From a plasmid, in the sequence record NZ_CP099764.1: a DNA stretch of 64,000 nucleotides; one strand, 5' to 3'. The first letter of the stretch is position 1, and every line of letters starts with the position of its first letter. Below are positions 20,499-31,626 of this stretch, in pieces. The notes under the pieces are model-generated. The model was given only the letters and a program-made list of their open reading frames with translations. It did not search any database and had not been told where the DNA came from. The position numbers and the translations under genes are program-made.

Positions 20499-21218
20499 TC
20501 ACGCTGCCTCCCGGAGTTTGTTCGGCACCATCCACCGCTCCATCTCACGAACAGCATGACCGACCACCCTTGCCGCCATACCAGCCTCTGCGATGACCTG
20601 CCAGAATGGCATATCCTGCCACTGCCAGCGTTCCATTCCGGCCAGTGACGGAAAACGCTCGCCCCACTGCCAGAACAGGGTTTCCAGGTCATGCTCTGCC
20701 ACCCGGTCACTCCAGCGTGCATGCCAGCTTCCGACTGTTTCCGGCGAATGGAATGCCAGTTCGATTTCAGCCTGAGCGACCAGCGCCTGGTACGCACGGG
20801 CTTTCTGCTCTGCCTCCCTCGCCTGCTGGCGGCTGTACTTCTGCATGACCAGCGCGGATTTATGGCGACTGCGTTCCCTGACACGAAACCGCACCGACGG
20901 GAACAAGCGCTCTGCTGCATCACCGGGAAGGGGAAGGAGGCAGACCTCGCCCTGTGTTTCAATCAGCACATCGATGGCATACAGCCACTGAAGACGGTTG
21001 CCGTGCAGTTCTTCTGCGGTCAGGGACGGCATGAAAAATCGCAGGTCAGACAGCGATATCCTGCGGCTTCCGTTCAGACAGCGGAAAAACGCCCCCGCAT
21101 ACGGATATTCAGCCAGCGTGTTACCCTGATGGCGGCGTTTTTCGGTCTCCGCCACCGCCCGCCATGCGGCCTGTTGCTCTGTGCTGAGAGGAACCAGTGC
21201 CTGTGAACGTGCGCTCAT
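20499..21218 (-). CDS. psiA: PsiA (239 aa)
   Basis: 239 aa directly upstream-overlapping psiB, F order. Confidence 0.85.
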   Translation of the reverse strand: MSARSQALVPLSTEQQAAWRAVAETEKRRHQGNTLAEYPYAGAFFRCLNGSRRISLSDLRFFMPSLTAEELHGNRLQWLYAIDVLIETQGEVCLLPLPGDAAERLFPSVRFRVRERSRHKSALVMQKYSRQQAREAEQKARAYQALVAQAEIELAFHSPETVGSWHARWSDRVAEHDLETLFWQWGERFPSLAGMERWQWQDMPFWQVIAEAGMAARVVGHAVREMERWMVPNKLREAA

Positions 21219-21649
21219 GCCTGACCTCCTTCCGCCATCAGGATATGGATGATGTCACTGACGCTGTACCCCTGCGCGTCCAGTGACGCTGCCAGTGCCA
21301 GTGAATGGCTGACGGCTTCCGGTGCAAACCGCCGCTGCACCTGAACCACCGCAAACGGCTCACCACCGGCATTCACCAGAACCAGCACCCAGACCTGAGA
21401 GACATCGCCCGGTGAACATAACGCCAGGTGAAAACGTTCGTGGGCAGGCGTGAAACGGACCTGGACGGGGAAAAAGCCGCCAAACTCGCTGCCGTACTCG
21501 CCGTTCATCGTCCAGTTATCCGGCACATCCAGCTCCCGCATCACGGCGTGAGTCAGTTCACGGCGTTCATCACTTCCGGCAGCCCGGATATCTTCATATT
21601 CCTGTGCGTTCATGGTCTGCAGGACATTCAGGGTCAGTTCAGTTTTCAT
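21215..21649 (-). CDS. psiB: PsiB, plasmid SOS-inhibition protein (144 aa)
   Basis: [41 protein letters not shown]... matches PsiB. Confidence 0.95.
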   Translation of the reverse strand: MKTELTLNVLQTMNAQEYEDIRAAGSDERRELTHAVMRELDVPDNWTMNGEYGSEFGGFFPVQVRFTPAHERFHLALCSPGDVSQVWVLVLVNAGGEPFAVVQVQRRFAPEAVSHSLALAASLDAQGYSVSDIIHILMAEGGQA

Positions 21650-21703
21650 CACGGTATCTCCCTTGCTGCCGCCCCGTCTCCGGCGGGGCGGTGTGGTTTT
21701 TCA

Positions 21704-22327
21704 TCAGGCGGCATCAGCCAGGTTATCGGTGCGTTCAGTGGCATCCGTCTGTGGGCGTGGTGCACACATCCAGCCAGGCACCCAGCGGTTGTCTTTCATG
21801 TGGAACTCTGCATGTTCAGCCGCATCGCCTTTCTTCATCTTCTCCGCGTCCCGTGCAGCACCGGACAGGCCGGCCTCATTCAGAGCTGCGATAATCTGCG
21901 GCTTTTTCAGGTGTCCGAAGAAGTTTGCTTTTGTCGGCTGCCACCAGTCGCGCATGTGGAATCCGATAGCGGTTTCCAGCGGGTCAAGCGGACTGCGTGA
22001 CGAGTGACCACACTCGCGGGTCTGAACGCCGTGGATGCTGCACGCAGTGCAGAAACTGAGCAGGGATAACAGCACCTCCTGGCTGAGTGACAGGAACGTC
22101 GTCATGTCCCGTGACCATCCCTCCGGTAACAGGGCTGCAAGACGGGCTTTTTCTGCCATCAGCGCCATGAATGCGGCACCTTCCTTCCCCGATGGCGCAT
22201 CGCTGGTCAGCGCATAATGCTCACATTCCAGACGAATTTTTGCGGGATTGCTGTACGCCCCGCTACCAAACACATTCAGGCAGAGCGTCCATGCCAGCAG
22301 TGCCAGAGATTTGTCCGGCTGTTGCAT
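21704..22327 (-). CDS. leading-region protein of unknown function (207 aa)
   Basis: ORF with a signal-like N-terminus; conserved slot between the parB-like gene and psiB. Confidence 0.5.
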   Translation of the reverse strand: MQQPDKSLALLAWTLCLNVFGSGAYSNPAKIRLECEHYALTSDAPSGKEGAAFMALMAEKARLAALLPEGWSRDMTTFLSLSQEVLLSLLSFCTACSIHGVQTRECGHSSRSPLDPLETAIGFHMRDWWQPTKANFFGHLKKPQIIAALNEAGLSGAARDAEKMKKGDAAEHAEFHMKDNRWVPGWMCAPRPQTDATERTDNLADAA

Positions 22328-22336
22328 AAGCGCCGC

Positions 22337-23662
22337 CTAGACTGCCAGCGTGCGCTCTGAGGACATTTTCGTCAGCAGTGGCAGACTGATTTCCTCCACT
22401 GACGCTTTCTCCTGCACCTGTTCCGTGCGGTCACCATCGTCAGCCGCATCATCCTCACTGCGCAACTGCACACCACGCTGGACACACACATTACCGTAAC
22501 GCCAGGACACCACCACACCGCTTCCGGCACGCATCTCCGGCGTCCACGCTCTGACCTTCGCTATGCAGCGCATCAGCTTCATTTCTGCTTCCAGCAGGTC
22601 GGATTCCTCACACTGGTTTTCCAGCGCGTCGTAACGTGCCATCAGTTCGTTCAGGCATTCTTCTTCCGCCTCCGTCAGCACCTCTTCCGGCTCCGGCAGA
22701 CTGCGGTATGCCCGGGCATCTTCACGGCACTCACCGACAGGTTCCATGCGTCCGGCGCACCATCCCCAGCCTTCGGCTTCCCGAAGGAACTCTGCGACGG
22801 CCTGGAGTTTTTCCAGCAGGGCGGCATCGAGCGCAACACAGTCCACATAGCCACCCTCGTCGTCGCTGAACAAATCGGTGCGCAGTTCATCTGGCGAGAA
22901 GGCATCAGCCCCCACGAAGTGGAATTTACCGTTCCCCGCCACCGCCACTTCACTTTCGGTCACCAGACGACGAATGGTCTGTACTTCCGGTTTTCCTCCC
23001 CATCCCGACTGACAGGCAGCTTCAAACACCTGCACCTGACGCGCGGTGTCGTTCTCCAGCGCCAGCGCCTGACAGTGTTCGGTGGTGATGCGGTCTTCTG
23101 CCAGCGCATCGAGGATGACAGGCGCAAGGTCTGCCAGTTTCAGCATTCGCTGAACGTGGCGGGGCGAATAACCCAGCAAATCACCGATTTGTGCAGGTGT
23201 TTTGCCTTCCTGCGCCATTGCGCGGAAGCCGGCAATCTGTTCGGCAGGGTGCATATCCCGACGATGACCGTTTTCAGTCATTGATGCGGCTGTCGCCAGC
23301 TCCTGCGGAATAATTTTCACACGGACAGGCCAGTCAGCCGGAATGATGTCACGCTCTGCCAGCATGTTGAGTGCTGCCAGTCGGCGACCACCTGCGGCGA
23401 CACCGTAACGGTCACCTGGCAGGGCATGAACAACCAGATTCTGTAACAGGCCGACACCTTTAATGGAGTCCGCCAGTTCGCTGACGGACTCCGCAAAATA
23501 CGGCACCGTGCGCACATTCAGCGGTGACTTAATCAGCGAGGCCAGCGGCACGCTCACTTCCTCCGTCTGCGCCAGCAGGGTAGACAGGACTGTTTCCTGC
23601 GTTTTTGCAGGTTTACGGCTGGATTTACGCTCCGTTTTTGCCTTAGACTCTGTAACTGACAT
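22337..23662 (-). CDS. ParB/Srx-like nuclease-domain leading-region protein
   Basis: ParB N-terminal domain motifs (GLLQNLVV, GGRRLAAL) plus HTH; start probably MSVTESKAK. Confidence 0.75.
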   Translation of the reverse strand: MSVTESKAKTERKSSRKPAKTQETVLSTLLAQTEEVSVPLASLIKSPLNVRTVPYFAESVSELADSIKGVGLLQNLVVHALPGDRYGVAAGGRRLAALNMLAERDIIPADWPVRVKIIPQELATAASMTENGHRRDMHPAEQIAGFRAMAQEGKTPAQIGDLLGYSPRHVQRMLKLADLAPVILDALAEDRITTEHCQALALENDTARQVQVFEAACQSGWGGKPEVQTIRRLVTESEVAVAGNGKFHFVGADAFSPDELRTDLFSDDEGGYVDCVALDAALLEKLQAVAEFLREAEGWGWCAGRMEPVGECREDARAYRSLPEPEEVLTEAEEECLNELMARYDALENQCEESDLLEAEMKLMRCIAKVRAWTPEMRAGSGVVVSWRYGNVCVQRGVQLRSEDDAADDGDRTEQVQEKASVEEISLPLLTKMSSERTLAV

Positions 23663-23727
23663 AGTTAGTACCTCCCAAAACGGTAATAATGATTGTCTGC
23701 CGGACGTGTCCCCGTCCGGCACCTCTC

Positions 23728-24476
<749 letters not shown>

Positions 24477-24506
24477 GATGTGCCTCCTTCTGTTGATGTT
24501 TTCAGC

Positions 24507-25127
24507 CCCCATCATCTTTTGAGTTTCGGGAGCCGCGGTTTTGACGTTTTGCGGGGACCTGCCTTTTGTTCCCTCCGGTATTCACCATCACCTTTTTGAG
24601 AACCTTCGCCGCAAGGGGCATCACTGCCACGGACGGAAACGACTGTCCGGGGGCAGACCGCAAAAGTTTTTGCCTGCTTTTGGGCAAAAACTTTTGCGGG
24701 ATGTACATTTCACCCCTGGACTGGCGGAGACGGTTGTGGCTGTCTTTGCCCCCGGCGACAGGGGCTTAAACAGGTGAATGGCACCGGACAGAACAACGGG
24801 CAGGGACCCGCCGCAACGACGTGAAGCGCGGTTTGCGAAACGGCGTTGCCCCTTACATCCCGGCGGCCTTTTGCCGGGATGCCAGGAGCGCAGGCCACGG
24901 CGCGACAGAGGCGGCGCGACCGGAACGGTCGCTGCAAGCCCGGGGTTTTCACGCATCGGACCGTAGCGACAGCCCGAAACCGCGCCAGCGGGTTCGGCGG
25001 AGACTGGCAGGTGCGCCAGCAGCTGCCTGTCGGAGTCGGGCCTGACGACCGGATGCCGCCAGGCAGCCGGGAGCCGAAGGTGCGCCCGGCAGACAGGACA
25101 ACACTGCAGTAGTCAGAATCAGAGCAG
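24507..25127 (-). promoter_or_regulatory. Frpo-like ssDNA promoter / ssi repeat, copy 2, immediately upstream of ssb
   Basis: near-identical to copy 1 over about 620 bp. Confidence 0.75.
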
Positions 25128-25143
25128 CAGGAAAAAGAAGAAC

Positions 25144-25176
25144 AGTAGCAGTAGCAGTAGCAGTAGCAGTAGCAGG
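25144..25176. repeat. hexanucleotide microsatellite (CAGTAG) x about 5.5
   Basis: acagtagcagtagcagtagcagtagcagtagcagg; absent from the equivalent tails of copies 1 and 3. Confidence 0.9.
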
Positions 25177-25252
25177 AACAACAACATCATCAGTAACAGA
25201 CAAATGACAGGCATGAAGAAACAGAAGCCCCCATCAGAACGTCCGCGTAATG

Positions 25253-25284
25253 AAAGGGGCGGCGCGTGAGCGCGGCCCCTTTCA
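25253..25284 (-). terminator. rho-independent terminator downstream of the 187-aa methyltransferase
   Basis: minus strand gaaaggggccgcgctcacgcgccgcccctttcatt (GC stem followed by a T run). Confidence 0.6.
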
Positions 25285-25353
25285 GCGCCACCGGCGCGCG
25301 TTTTTTCCCGGCGCGGGCTGACAGGCATTTATCCTCCCGCCGGCCCTGTGTCA

Positions 25354-25917
25354 TCAGGCACGCAGACGAATAATCATCGTCGGGACATCGGTATAAGCAA
25401 ACGTGCCGCGCGGCAGCTCCTCGCGGACGTCAGAAAACGGTAACAGCTTCTCCTGCTGGCGTGGTCCGTTGAGACAGACGGCGACCAGCACTCCACCCGG
25501 ACGCAACAGGGAAAAGGCCCGCAGGATATGCCGGATATCCTGCCCGTGGCTGAACGGCGGATTCATGATAACCCGGCTGTAATACTGCACTGGCTGCCAT
25601 TCCATGAAGTCGCCACACTGAACCCTGACACCGTTAAAATTTTCCCGCAGATACCGGACCAGCCCGCTGTTGATTTCCACCGCATCACACATGGCCCCCG
25701 GCGCGGTATCCCGAATCGCCCGCAGTATGGCCCCGGTGCCGGCAGAGGGTTCCAGAATGTGATCACGGTTGCTGATCTCCGCCAGCATCACCAGGCGATC
25801 ACAGACCGGGGCAGGAGTCACAAAAAGCTGAGATTCAGCCCGGATTTCAGCAACCGGCGCGGCGTTATCCAGCCTTGCGCGCATCAGCCGGATACGTTCT
25901 CTTAACTGACTGTGCAT
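25354..25917 (-). CDS. orphan SAM-dependent DNA methyltransferase (187 aa)
   Basis: motif I EPSAGTGAIL and motif IV NPPF; no adjacent restriction endonuclease. Confidence 0.7.
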   Translation of the reverse strand: MHSQLRERIRLMRARLDNAAPVAEIRAESQLFVTPAPVCDRLVMLAEISNRDHILEPSAGTGAILRAIRDTAPGAMCDAVEINSGLVRYLRENFNGVRVQCGDFMEWQPVQYYSRVIMNPPFSHGQDIRHILRAFSLLRPGGVLVAVCLNGPRQQEKLLPFSDVREELPRGTFAYTDVPTMIIRLRA

Positions 25918-25964
25918 ATCATTATCTCCGTCATCCCCCGGGGATTTTCCCGGGGGGATATACC

Positions 25965-27326
25965 TTATTTCTGTGGGATTTCCGTGATTTTCATGTCGGT
26001 GATATACACATTCACCAGGCGGAAATTATTGTCCATTGTGCGGCGGTACCGGTATGCCCCGTGGTCTTCTGCTTCTGCCACACTGCGCACGGCCTTACAG
26101 TCCCGGGGCAGGGCGGCCCACTGTGCCTTTGTCATTTCCCGGAAACCTTCCCCCGGATAGTTGACTACCGGCGGACGCTTCGCGGCCTGACTAGCGACGG
26201 CAGCCTCTTCTGCCGATGGTGCTTTGTAGTCCGTGATGCGATCGGGCGTCACTTTCATCGTGCCGCTGTACCCGAGAAAACTGTAATTTGGCGTTGTGAC
26301 TGAACTCACCGCCCCGTTGCTTTTGTTCACACGGATGATGGTCAGCCACTCGCCCCGGCTGAAAACCTGTCCGCCCGGCTCAAAATCCTGTGTCCGGGTA
26401 ACCACGCCGCCGCTTTCGTCCAGCATGGCACGCTCATAGATCAGGCGGTTCTGATAGTGGTTAACCCAGCGTTGTTGATGCTGAATCTGCCGTTCATGAC
26501 AGCGGATCGCAATTTCGCGGGCCTGCTCCGTGGTGATGATGTCATCATCCAGGGCCGACCATAACGATCGACTTCCTTCATACTGGCTTTTTTCTGCCGG
26601 GCGCGGATACGTATCCAGCGGGAAACAGGCGCTGATATGGTCATGACTGCTGATGAGTTTTGCCATATTCAGATCCAGCGATTCAGCCCGCCACATCGTC
26701 AGATATTTCTGCGACTGCGCGATGGTCTTTTCAGCCTTGCGCAAATCAGCTTCGATTTTTTTGATACGACGCCAGCGAACGTCCGGACGTTCTTTATACT
26801 TCGCGTGAAGCAGTGCCGACCGCGCCCGCTCTTCCCAGTATTCCGCACGTTCAAAGAGCATCACGGCTCGTTTCATGCCGTTTTCAATACGCTGCGCATC
26901 ACGACGGGCGCGGCGTTCGCTGTGATGCCCCACAAGAATGGGCTGACCGGGCGGGATCATCGCGGCCAGTCTTTCCACTTCATCAAGTGCCTGTGCGGAT
27001 TCACTGGCCCGCTTTCCGCTGTATCCGGTAAACCGCTCCGCCCGTGCTTCCTGACGTTCAGCGAGCGTGCTGTCTTCATCCTCAATCTCTCCGGCAAGTG
27101 AGAGGAGCACGTCTTCCCGGCCCGGTGTCCATGCTGGCGCGACAAACAGCGCCTGTTTTGGTGCCCAGCGGAAACCGGCATCATGCACTTTTTTATACGT
27201 CTCCGAGTCAAGACGTGACACGGCATACAGGCGCAGTTTGTTGTCATCCGGTGAGTAGGTCGCGCGGTACATCTGCACAGGGCTGGCGGCTTCCGGGGCG
27301 GTCATGGTGATTGCTGCTAATGTCAT
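25965..27326 (-). CDS. large leading-region protein of unknown function (453 aa)
   Basis: charged, coiled-coil-like central region; first gene downstream of Frpo copy 3. Confidence 0.5.
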   Translation of the reverse strand: MTLAAITMTAPEAASPVQMYRATYSPDDNKLRLYAVSRLDSETYKKVHDAGFRWAPKQALFVAPAWTPGREDVLLSLAGEIEDEDSTLAERQEARAERFTGYSGKRASESAQALDEVERLAAMIPPGQPILVGHHSERRARRDAQRIENGMKRAVMLFERAEYWEERARSALLHAKYKERPDVRWRRIKKIEADLRKAEKTIAQSQKYLTMWRAESLDLNMAKLISSHDHISACFPLDTYPRPAEKSQYEGSRSLWSALDDDIITTEQAREIAIRCHERQIQHQQRWVNHYQNRLIYERAMLDESGGVVTRTQDFEPGGQVFSRGEWLTIIRVNKSNGAVSSVTTPNYSFLGYSGTMKVTPDRITDYKAPSAEEAAVASQAAKRPPVVNYPGEGFREMTKAQWAALPRDCKAVRSVAEAEDHGAYRYRRTMDNNFRLVNVYITDMKITEIPQK

Positions 27327-27377
27327 AAAATGTTCTCCTTCCGTCTGTTGCCGCCCCTCGCGGGGCGGCTCACCTCA

Positions 27378-27608
27378 TCAGTTAAAAGCGCGTTTCAGTT
27401 CGAGTGTGCGGAGCACCTGCCCGAAGGCCGTGTTTTTCATGGCGGGGATGTGTACACCACGCCCCCGGTGAAAACTCCGGGCAATGTGTCGCCCGAAGGC
27501 TTTCAGCACGGGGTCAATTTCCGGCGCGGGGATGTCTTCGCGTCTGAAACGGGGATGACGGCGGGGCTTTACAGCCGCTGCGGAAGGTGAAACAATACTT
27601 ACTGTCAT
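27378..27608 (-). CDS. possible small basic protein (76 aa)
   Basis: ORF sits between Frpo copy 3 and orf453; Arg/Lys-rich; no other support. Confidence 0.25.
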   Translation of the reverse strand: MTVSIVSPSAAAVKPRRHPRFRREDIPAPEIDPVLKAFGRHIARSFHRGRGVHIPAMKNTAFGQVLRTLELKRAFN

Positions 27609-27842
27609 AATTTAGCCTCTTATGACGTTAATTAATGAAACCGTAAAGACTGTTCGTGCAGTCTCTGCGGTGTGGATTAAGCAGGTCCCTGACCTGCTTT
27701 TTTCATATCTGCGTCTGACGTTCTCCGGTGTTTTCCTCCTTCTGTTCCTGCGTTCTCATTACCTGCCAGCCGGATGACTGACAGAACACATAAATGCGTA
27801 TTGCCGGAGCCTGAAATAAATCCTGATTTTTAAAGAACATCA

Positions 27843-28453
27843 CCCGTTGAGTTTCGGGAGCCGCGGTTTTGACGTTTCGCGGGAACCTGCTGCTGTATTC
27901 CCTGTGGTATGAACTTCACCCGTTTGAGAACCTTCGCCGCAAGGGGCATCACTGCCACGGCCTGACGCACCTGTCCTGGGCAGAACGCAAAATTTTTTAC
28001 CGGGTTTTGGGTAAAAAATTTTGTGGGCTGTTCATTTACCCTGGACAGTCAGTGCGGCAGGTTGTGGCTGTATCAGCCCCCGGCGACAGGGACTCATACG
28101 GGTGTGTAGCACCGGCAGGCAATGAGCAGGGACCCGCCGCAACGACGGAGAGCGCGTGCGCGAAACGGCGTTGCCCCTTACATCCCGGCGGCCTTTTGCC
28201 GGGATGTCGGGAGCGCAGGCCACGGCGCGACAGAGGCGGCGCGACCGGAACGGTCGCTGCAAGCCCGGGGTTTTCACGCATCGGACCGTAGCGACAGCCC
28301 GAAACCGCGCCAGCGGGTTCGGCGGAGACTGGCGGGTGCGCCAGCAGCTGCCTGTCGGAGTCGGGCCTGACGACCGGATGCCGCCAGGCAGCCGGGAGCC
28401 GAAGGTGCGCCCGGCAGACAGAACAACACTGCAGTAGTCAGAATCAGAGCAGC
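27843..28453 (-). promoter_or_regulatory. Frpo-like ssDNA promoter / ssi repeat, copy 3 (most diverged centrally)
   Basis: shares the 5' gttgagtttcgggagccgcggttttgacg core and the about 330-bp 3' part with copies 1 and 2. Confidence 0.7.
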
Positions 28454-28642
28454 AGATAAAGGAACAACAACATCAGGAACAGTTCCATAACATAAGAAAG
28501 AAACACTCCTGAGTCAGACACATCACAGACGGGAAGGGTAACGGGCGACGCGTCAGCGTGGCCCGCTTCCCTTCCGGCAGGCGTCAGCCTGCCAGGGGTT
28601 TTCGCGCGGACTGACAGGCGGCCTCCACCGCCTGCCCCTGTA

Positions 28643-28834
28643 TCACCTGTTTCTGCTACCCTGTAAGATGTAGTGACCGCCCAGGAAAACCGCCTGCTGA
28701 TTCACCACAAAATCGCAGATTTCATCAACAATCTGCGCGGTGGTGAGCGGTTTCTGCCCCATTTCACGACGCCGCGCATTAATCACGGCCCTGTAATTAC
28801 GCAGAATTTCGCGGGTTTCTGTGCTGATATTCAT
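28643..28834 (-). CDS. small protein (63 aa) co-operonic with the 140-aa ORF
   Basis: 4-bp overlap with the upstream gene. Confidence 0.4.
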   Translation of the reverse strand: MNISTETREILRNYRAVINARRREMGQKPLTTAQIVDEICDFVVNQQAVFLGGHYILQGSRNR

Positions 28835-29253
28835 GACATCGTCTCCCCGTCCAGCGCCTTTAACACAACGTCCATTGCTTCGCGTTCCTCCCTGACGAAT
28901 GCGTCACCGTCGCCCCCGTTCTCACTCCCGACGGCATACAGGCGCTTCATTTCACTGCCTGCCAGCGCCATCACTTTTTCCAGCATCACCGCCGGGACTG
29001 TCACCTGACGGCTGGCGCGCTTTTCTTCCATCAGTTCACGAACAACGCCGTGAACAACGCTGACATCCGCACCATATTCAAAGGCATCGTCCAGCCGCTG
29101 CATGACGGTTTCCAGCTCATCGTCTGTCAGACTCCAGTCCTGGGCTATGTGACGCACATCCCCACGGGTCAGCACTACGGCAAAAACGCATTCACTGTCC
29201 GGCACGTCTGTATCCAGCACTTCGCGGATAATTTCTTTAACAGTACAGTACAT
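28831..29253 (-). CDS. acidic leading-region protein (140 aa), paralogue of ORF 30957..31424
   Basis: shares the RQVTVPA motif and overall acidic composition with the 155-aa ORF. Confidence 0.5.
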   Translation of the reverse strand: MYCTVKEIIREVLDTDVPDSECVFAVVLTRGDVRHIAQDWSLTDDELETVMQRLDDAFEYGADVSVVHGVVRELMEEKRASRQVTVPAVMLEKVMALAGSEMKRLYAVGSENGGDGDAFVREEREAMDVVLKALDGETMS

Positions 29254-29299
29254 GTTCTCGTCTCCTTTACAGGGGCGGCATTGCCGCCCCGTCCGTTAA

Positions 29300-29725
29300 T
29301 CAGTCCAGAGCCGCGTAAATCGCGTTGCATTCGAGGTGAAATTCGATGTGACGCCACAACTGCGCATCGCGCATCCGGTAAAGCTGGGTCAGTCCTGCAT
29401 CCCCGCTGTCGTGGTACAGCCACAACTGGCGGTTAATCACAAGGGAGGTCAGGATGATGCCTGCGGCATCAGCACTCACGGTACGGTCAAACCAGTTTGC
29501 ACCGTTCACCATGTGGAAACGGTCGCCATCCGGCATCATGTAACCGCCACCGTCCGGCAGGCGGATGAAGTGCCAGAAGCCTCCCTGATATTCCGGCATC
29601 ATTTTTTGCGCCAGCGCGTACACATACGCCTCGGCATACAGAAAATCGTTGCCAAACAGATACGGCAGAAAGGAGAGACGGTCGCACTCTTCAACATTCA
29701 GAGTGACAGGTTTCGCATATTGCAT
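29300..29725 (-). CDS. klcA: KlcA/ArdB-family antirestriction protein (141 aa)
   Basis: 141 aa; [53 protein letters not shown]... typical of KlcA/YubI. Confidence 0.8.
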   Translation of the reverse strand: MQYAKPVTLNVEECDRLSFLPYLFGNDFLYAEAYVYALAQKMMPEYQGGFWHFIRLPDGGGYMMPDGDRFHMVNGANWFDRTVSADAAGIILTSLVINRQLWLYHDSGDAGLTQLYRMRDAQLWRHIEFHLECNAIYAALD

Positions 29726-30141
29726 GATGTTTTCCTCCGTTGTTCACATATTCTGCGACACCGGGCGGTGCCGTGCCTCCATAAAAGCCGGGCGAACAGG
29801 CGGGGATGCAGGGGCGCAAGGGAAGCCGCAGCCTGACGCACACGGCTGACGGGAGTTGCAGGGTGAGACCGCGAAATCTGAGCGGGTGAACGACCGGAAA
29901 ATCACGGCAGACGGGAAGGAGGGACCGGGTGACCGCAGCGGCGAAGCGTACCCTTGCATCAACGCCAGCCCGGCTAAGATGGAGGCACGGCACAGCCCGC
30001 ACACGACGCTGAGGCCACATAACTGAAAAACCACAAGGCCATGCCCTGCATGGCCGGGTAAAGCGGAGCCGGCGGCGACTTCCTTTGTGCTCTGTCCGGG
30101 GACCGGCAGGAAAAAGGCGGGGATTTACCCTGCCAACGTCA

Positions 30142-30912
30142 TCATTTCCGGATTTTTGCCAGGGCATCCGCCATGCTGCGGATTTCGGCCCGGGCTTTCC
30201 GGACCACCTCCCGCAGAACACCACGGTCAAACCAGCGGCGGGGCGGTTCATCCGGTATACGCAGCACATCGCAGGCCAGCCCACTGGACAGGATATGCTC
30301 AATACAATCGCTGACCAGGTACATTTCCACCGACGAAAAACGTGCTCCCCGGTTCACGATGGCATCGAGCACCACGGGCAGGTTTTCGTCATCTTCATCG
30401 AGCCAGCAGGGGTGATCGCTTTCCTTCACAACCAGACGAAAGCGGCGCGTCTGGCGGGTCAGCAACGTCTGACCGGTGGTGGTCAGCGCCGCCCGGATAC
30501 GCCGCGCATCGTCTGCCACCTGGTAACAGATGCTTCGTATTGCATCGCGCACCGCCGCAAGTACAGCCCTGATTTCGTCTTCTGCCAGCCACTCACCGGC
30601 ATACGGGAAAGACACCTGCGTTCCGTCTGCCGGAAGTACCGGCAGCGACTGCCACTGACTGCCGGACAGAACAAGTTCCGCCCCGGTTCCGGTCAGTTTC
30701 TGAATGGCAGAGGCCAGGTGCGGCGGCAGTACGCCGCCGTGACGGTTGATAAGTAACGTCGCCAGCCGGGGCGCATCCAGCCGCACGTAAATGCTGATCC
30801 AGCCCGGATGGTTCGGATTTCGCTGGTCAACATCCGTCTCTTCCGGCCAGCCCTGCGCCAGCAGCAGGTTACGGGCGTGGCGACAAATCAGTGCATTCAG
30901 CGTTTCGTTCAT
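30142..30912 (-). CDS. leading-region protein of unknown function (256 aa)
   Basis: ORF with coding-like composition; no motif recognised. Confidence 0.45.
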   Translation of the reverse strand: MNETLNALICRHARNLLLAQGWPEETDVDQRNPNHPGWISIYVRLDAPRLATLLINRHGGVLPPHLASAIQKLTGTGAELVLSGSQWQSLPVLPADGTQVSFPYAGEWLAEDEIRAVLAAVRDAIRSICYQVADDARRIRAALTTTGQTLLTRQTRRFRLVVKESDHPCWLDEDDENLPVVLDAIVNRGARFSSVEMYLVSDCIEHILSSGLACDVLRIPDEPPRRWFDRGVLREVVRKARAEIRSMADALAKIRK

Positions 30913-30956
30913 GATTCATGGTCTCCCTGAATCGCCGCCCGCAGGCGGCGATAACA

Positions 30957-31424
30957 TCAGTCGTTTTCGCGTGTGTTGTTTTTCAGCAGGGTGCGGGCCT
31001 GATTAATCACCGCCTGACGGCGGGTGACGCATTCCGGGACGGCGAGGCCATGATCCCGGGCGGCCCATTCACGTTTCCACAATGCCTGTTCAGCGGTCTG
31101 AATCAGGGACGCCAGCAGTTCAGCAGGGACGGTCACCTGGCGGTTTTCGCTCACGTTATTGATGATCTCCATCGCCACGCCGGAAGAAATACCGGATTCA
31201 GTCCGCTGGTCTTCCGGGATGTCCTCCAGGCGCGCCAGGACGGTTCTGATTTCATGATCGGACAGGGAAATATCCATTCCGTCAGCGAGGGCCTGAATCT
31301 CTTCCGGGGACCAGATAACCAGCATCAGCGGCATGTCTCCCGGATACTTTACTGCCAGCTCCCGGCATAGCGTTTCGCATGTTCCGTACATTCTCGTCTC
31401 CTTCTCAATCTTTAAAGCACGCAT
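30957..31424 (-). CDS. acidic leading-region protein (155 aa), paralogue of ORF 28831..29253
   Basis: RQVTVPAELL motif shared with the 140-aa ORF. Confidence 0.5.
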   Translation of the reverse strand: MRALKIEKETRMYGTCETLCRELAVKYPGDMPLMLVIWSPEEIQALADGMDISLSDHEIRTVLARLEDIPEDQRTESGISSGVAMEIINNVSENRQVTVPAELLASLIQTAEQALWKREWAARDHGLAVPECVTRRQAVINQARTLLKNNTREND

Positions 31425-31626
31425 CCAGTTCCAGAATTTCGGTATATGCCTCCATCAGGAGGCGGTTTGCGCGAAACAGCGTCTGACGCACCAGACGTTC
31501 CGGCAGGGTGTCGGCATTAAAGCTGTACCGCTGCTCCATCTCATTCATGGTTGTACGCAGGTCGCACATGGCATTGGCCACCTCCGCCACTTCGGCGCGC
31601 AGTTTTTCGTGTCCGGCATAGTTCAT
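31405..31626 (-). CDS. small protein (73 aa) co-operonic with the 155-aa ORF
   Basis: overlaps the downstream gene by 20 nt, start abutting the methyltransferase stop. Confidence 0.4.
   Translation of the reverse strand: MNYAGHEKLRAEVAEVANAMCDLRTTMNEMEQRYSFNADTLPERLVRQTLFRANRLLMEAYTEILELDACFKD

Noticed and set aside
25119-25328. 69-aa ORF encoding poly-Leu/poly-Phe
   Set aside because: An artefact of translating the (CAGTAG)n microsatellite.
29691-30302. 203-aa minus-strand ORF
   Set aside because: Falls in the GC-rich non-coding block, has an Arg/Pro/Cys-rich low-complexity translation, and overlaps the start of orf256. I treat it as a non-coding structured region.
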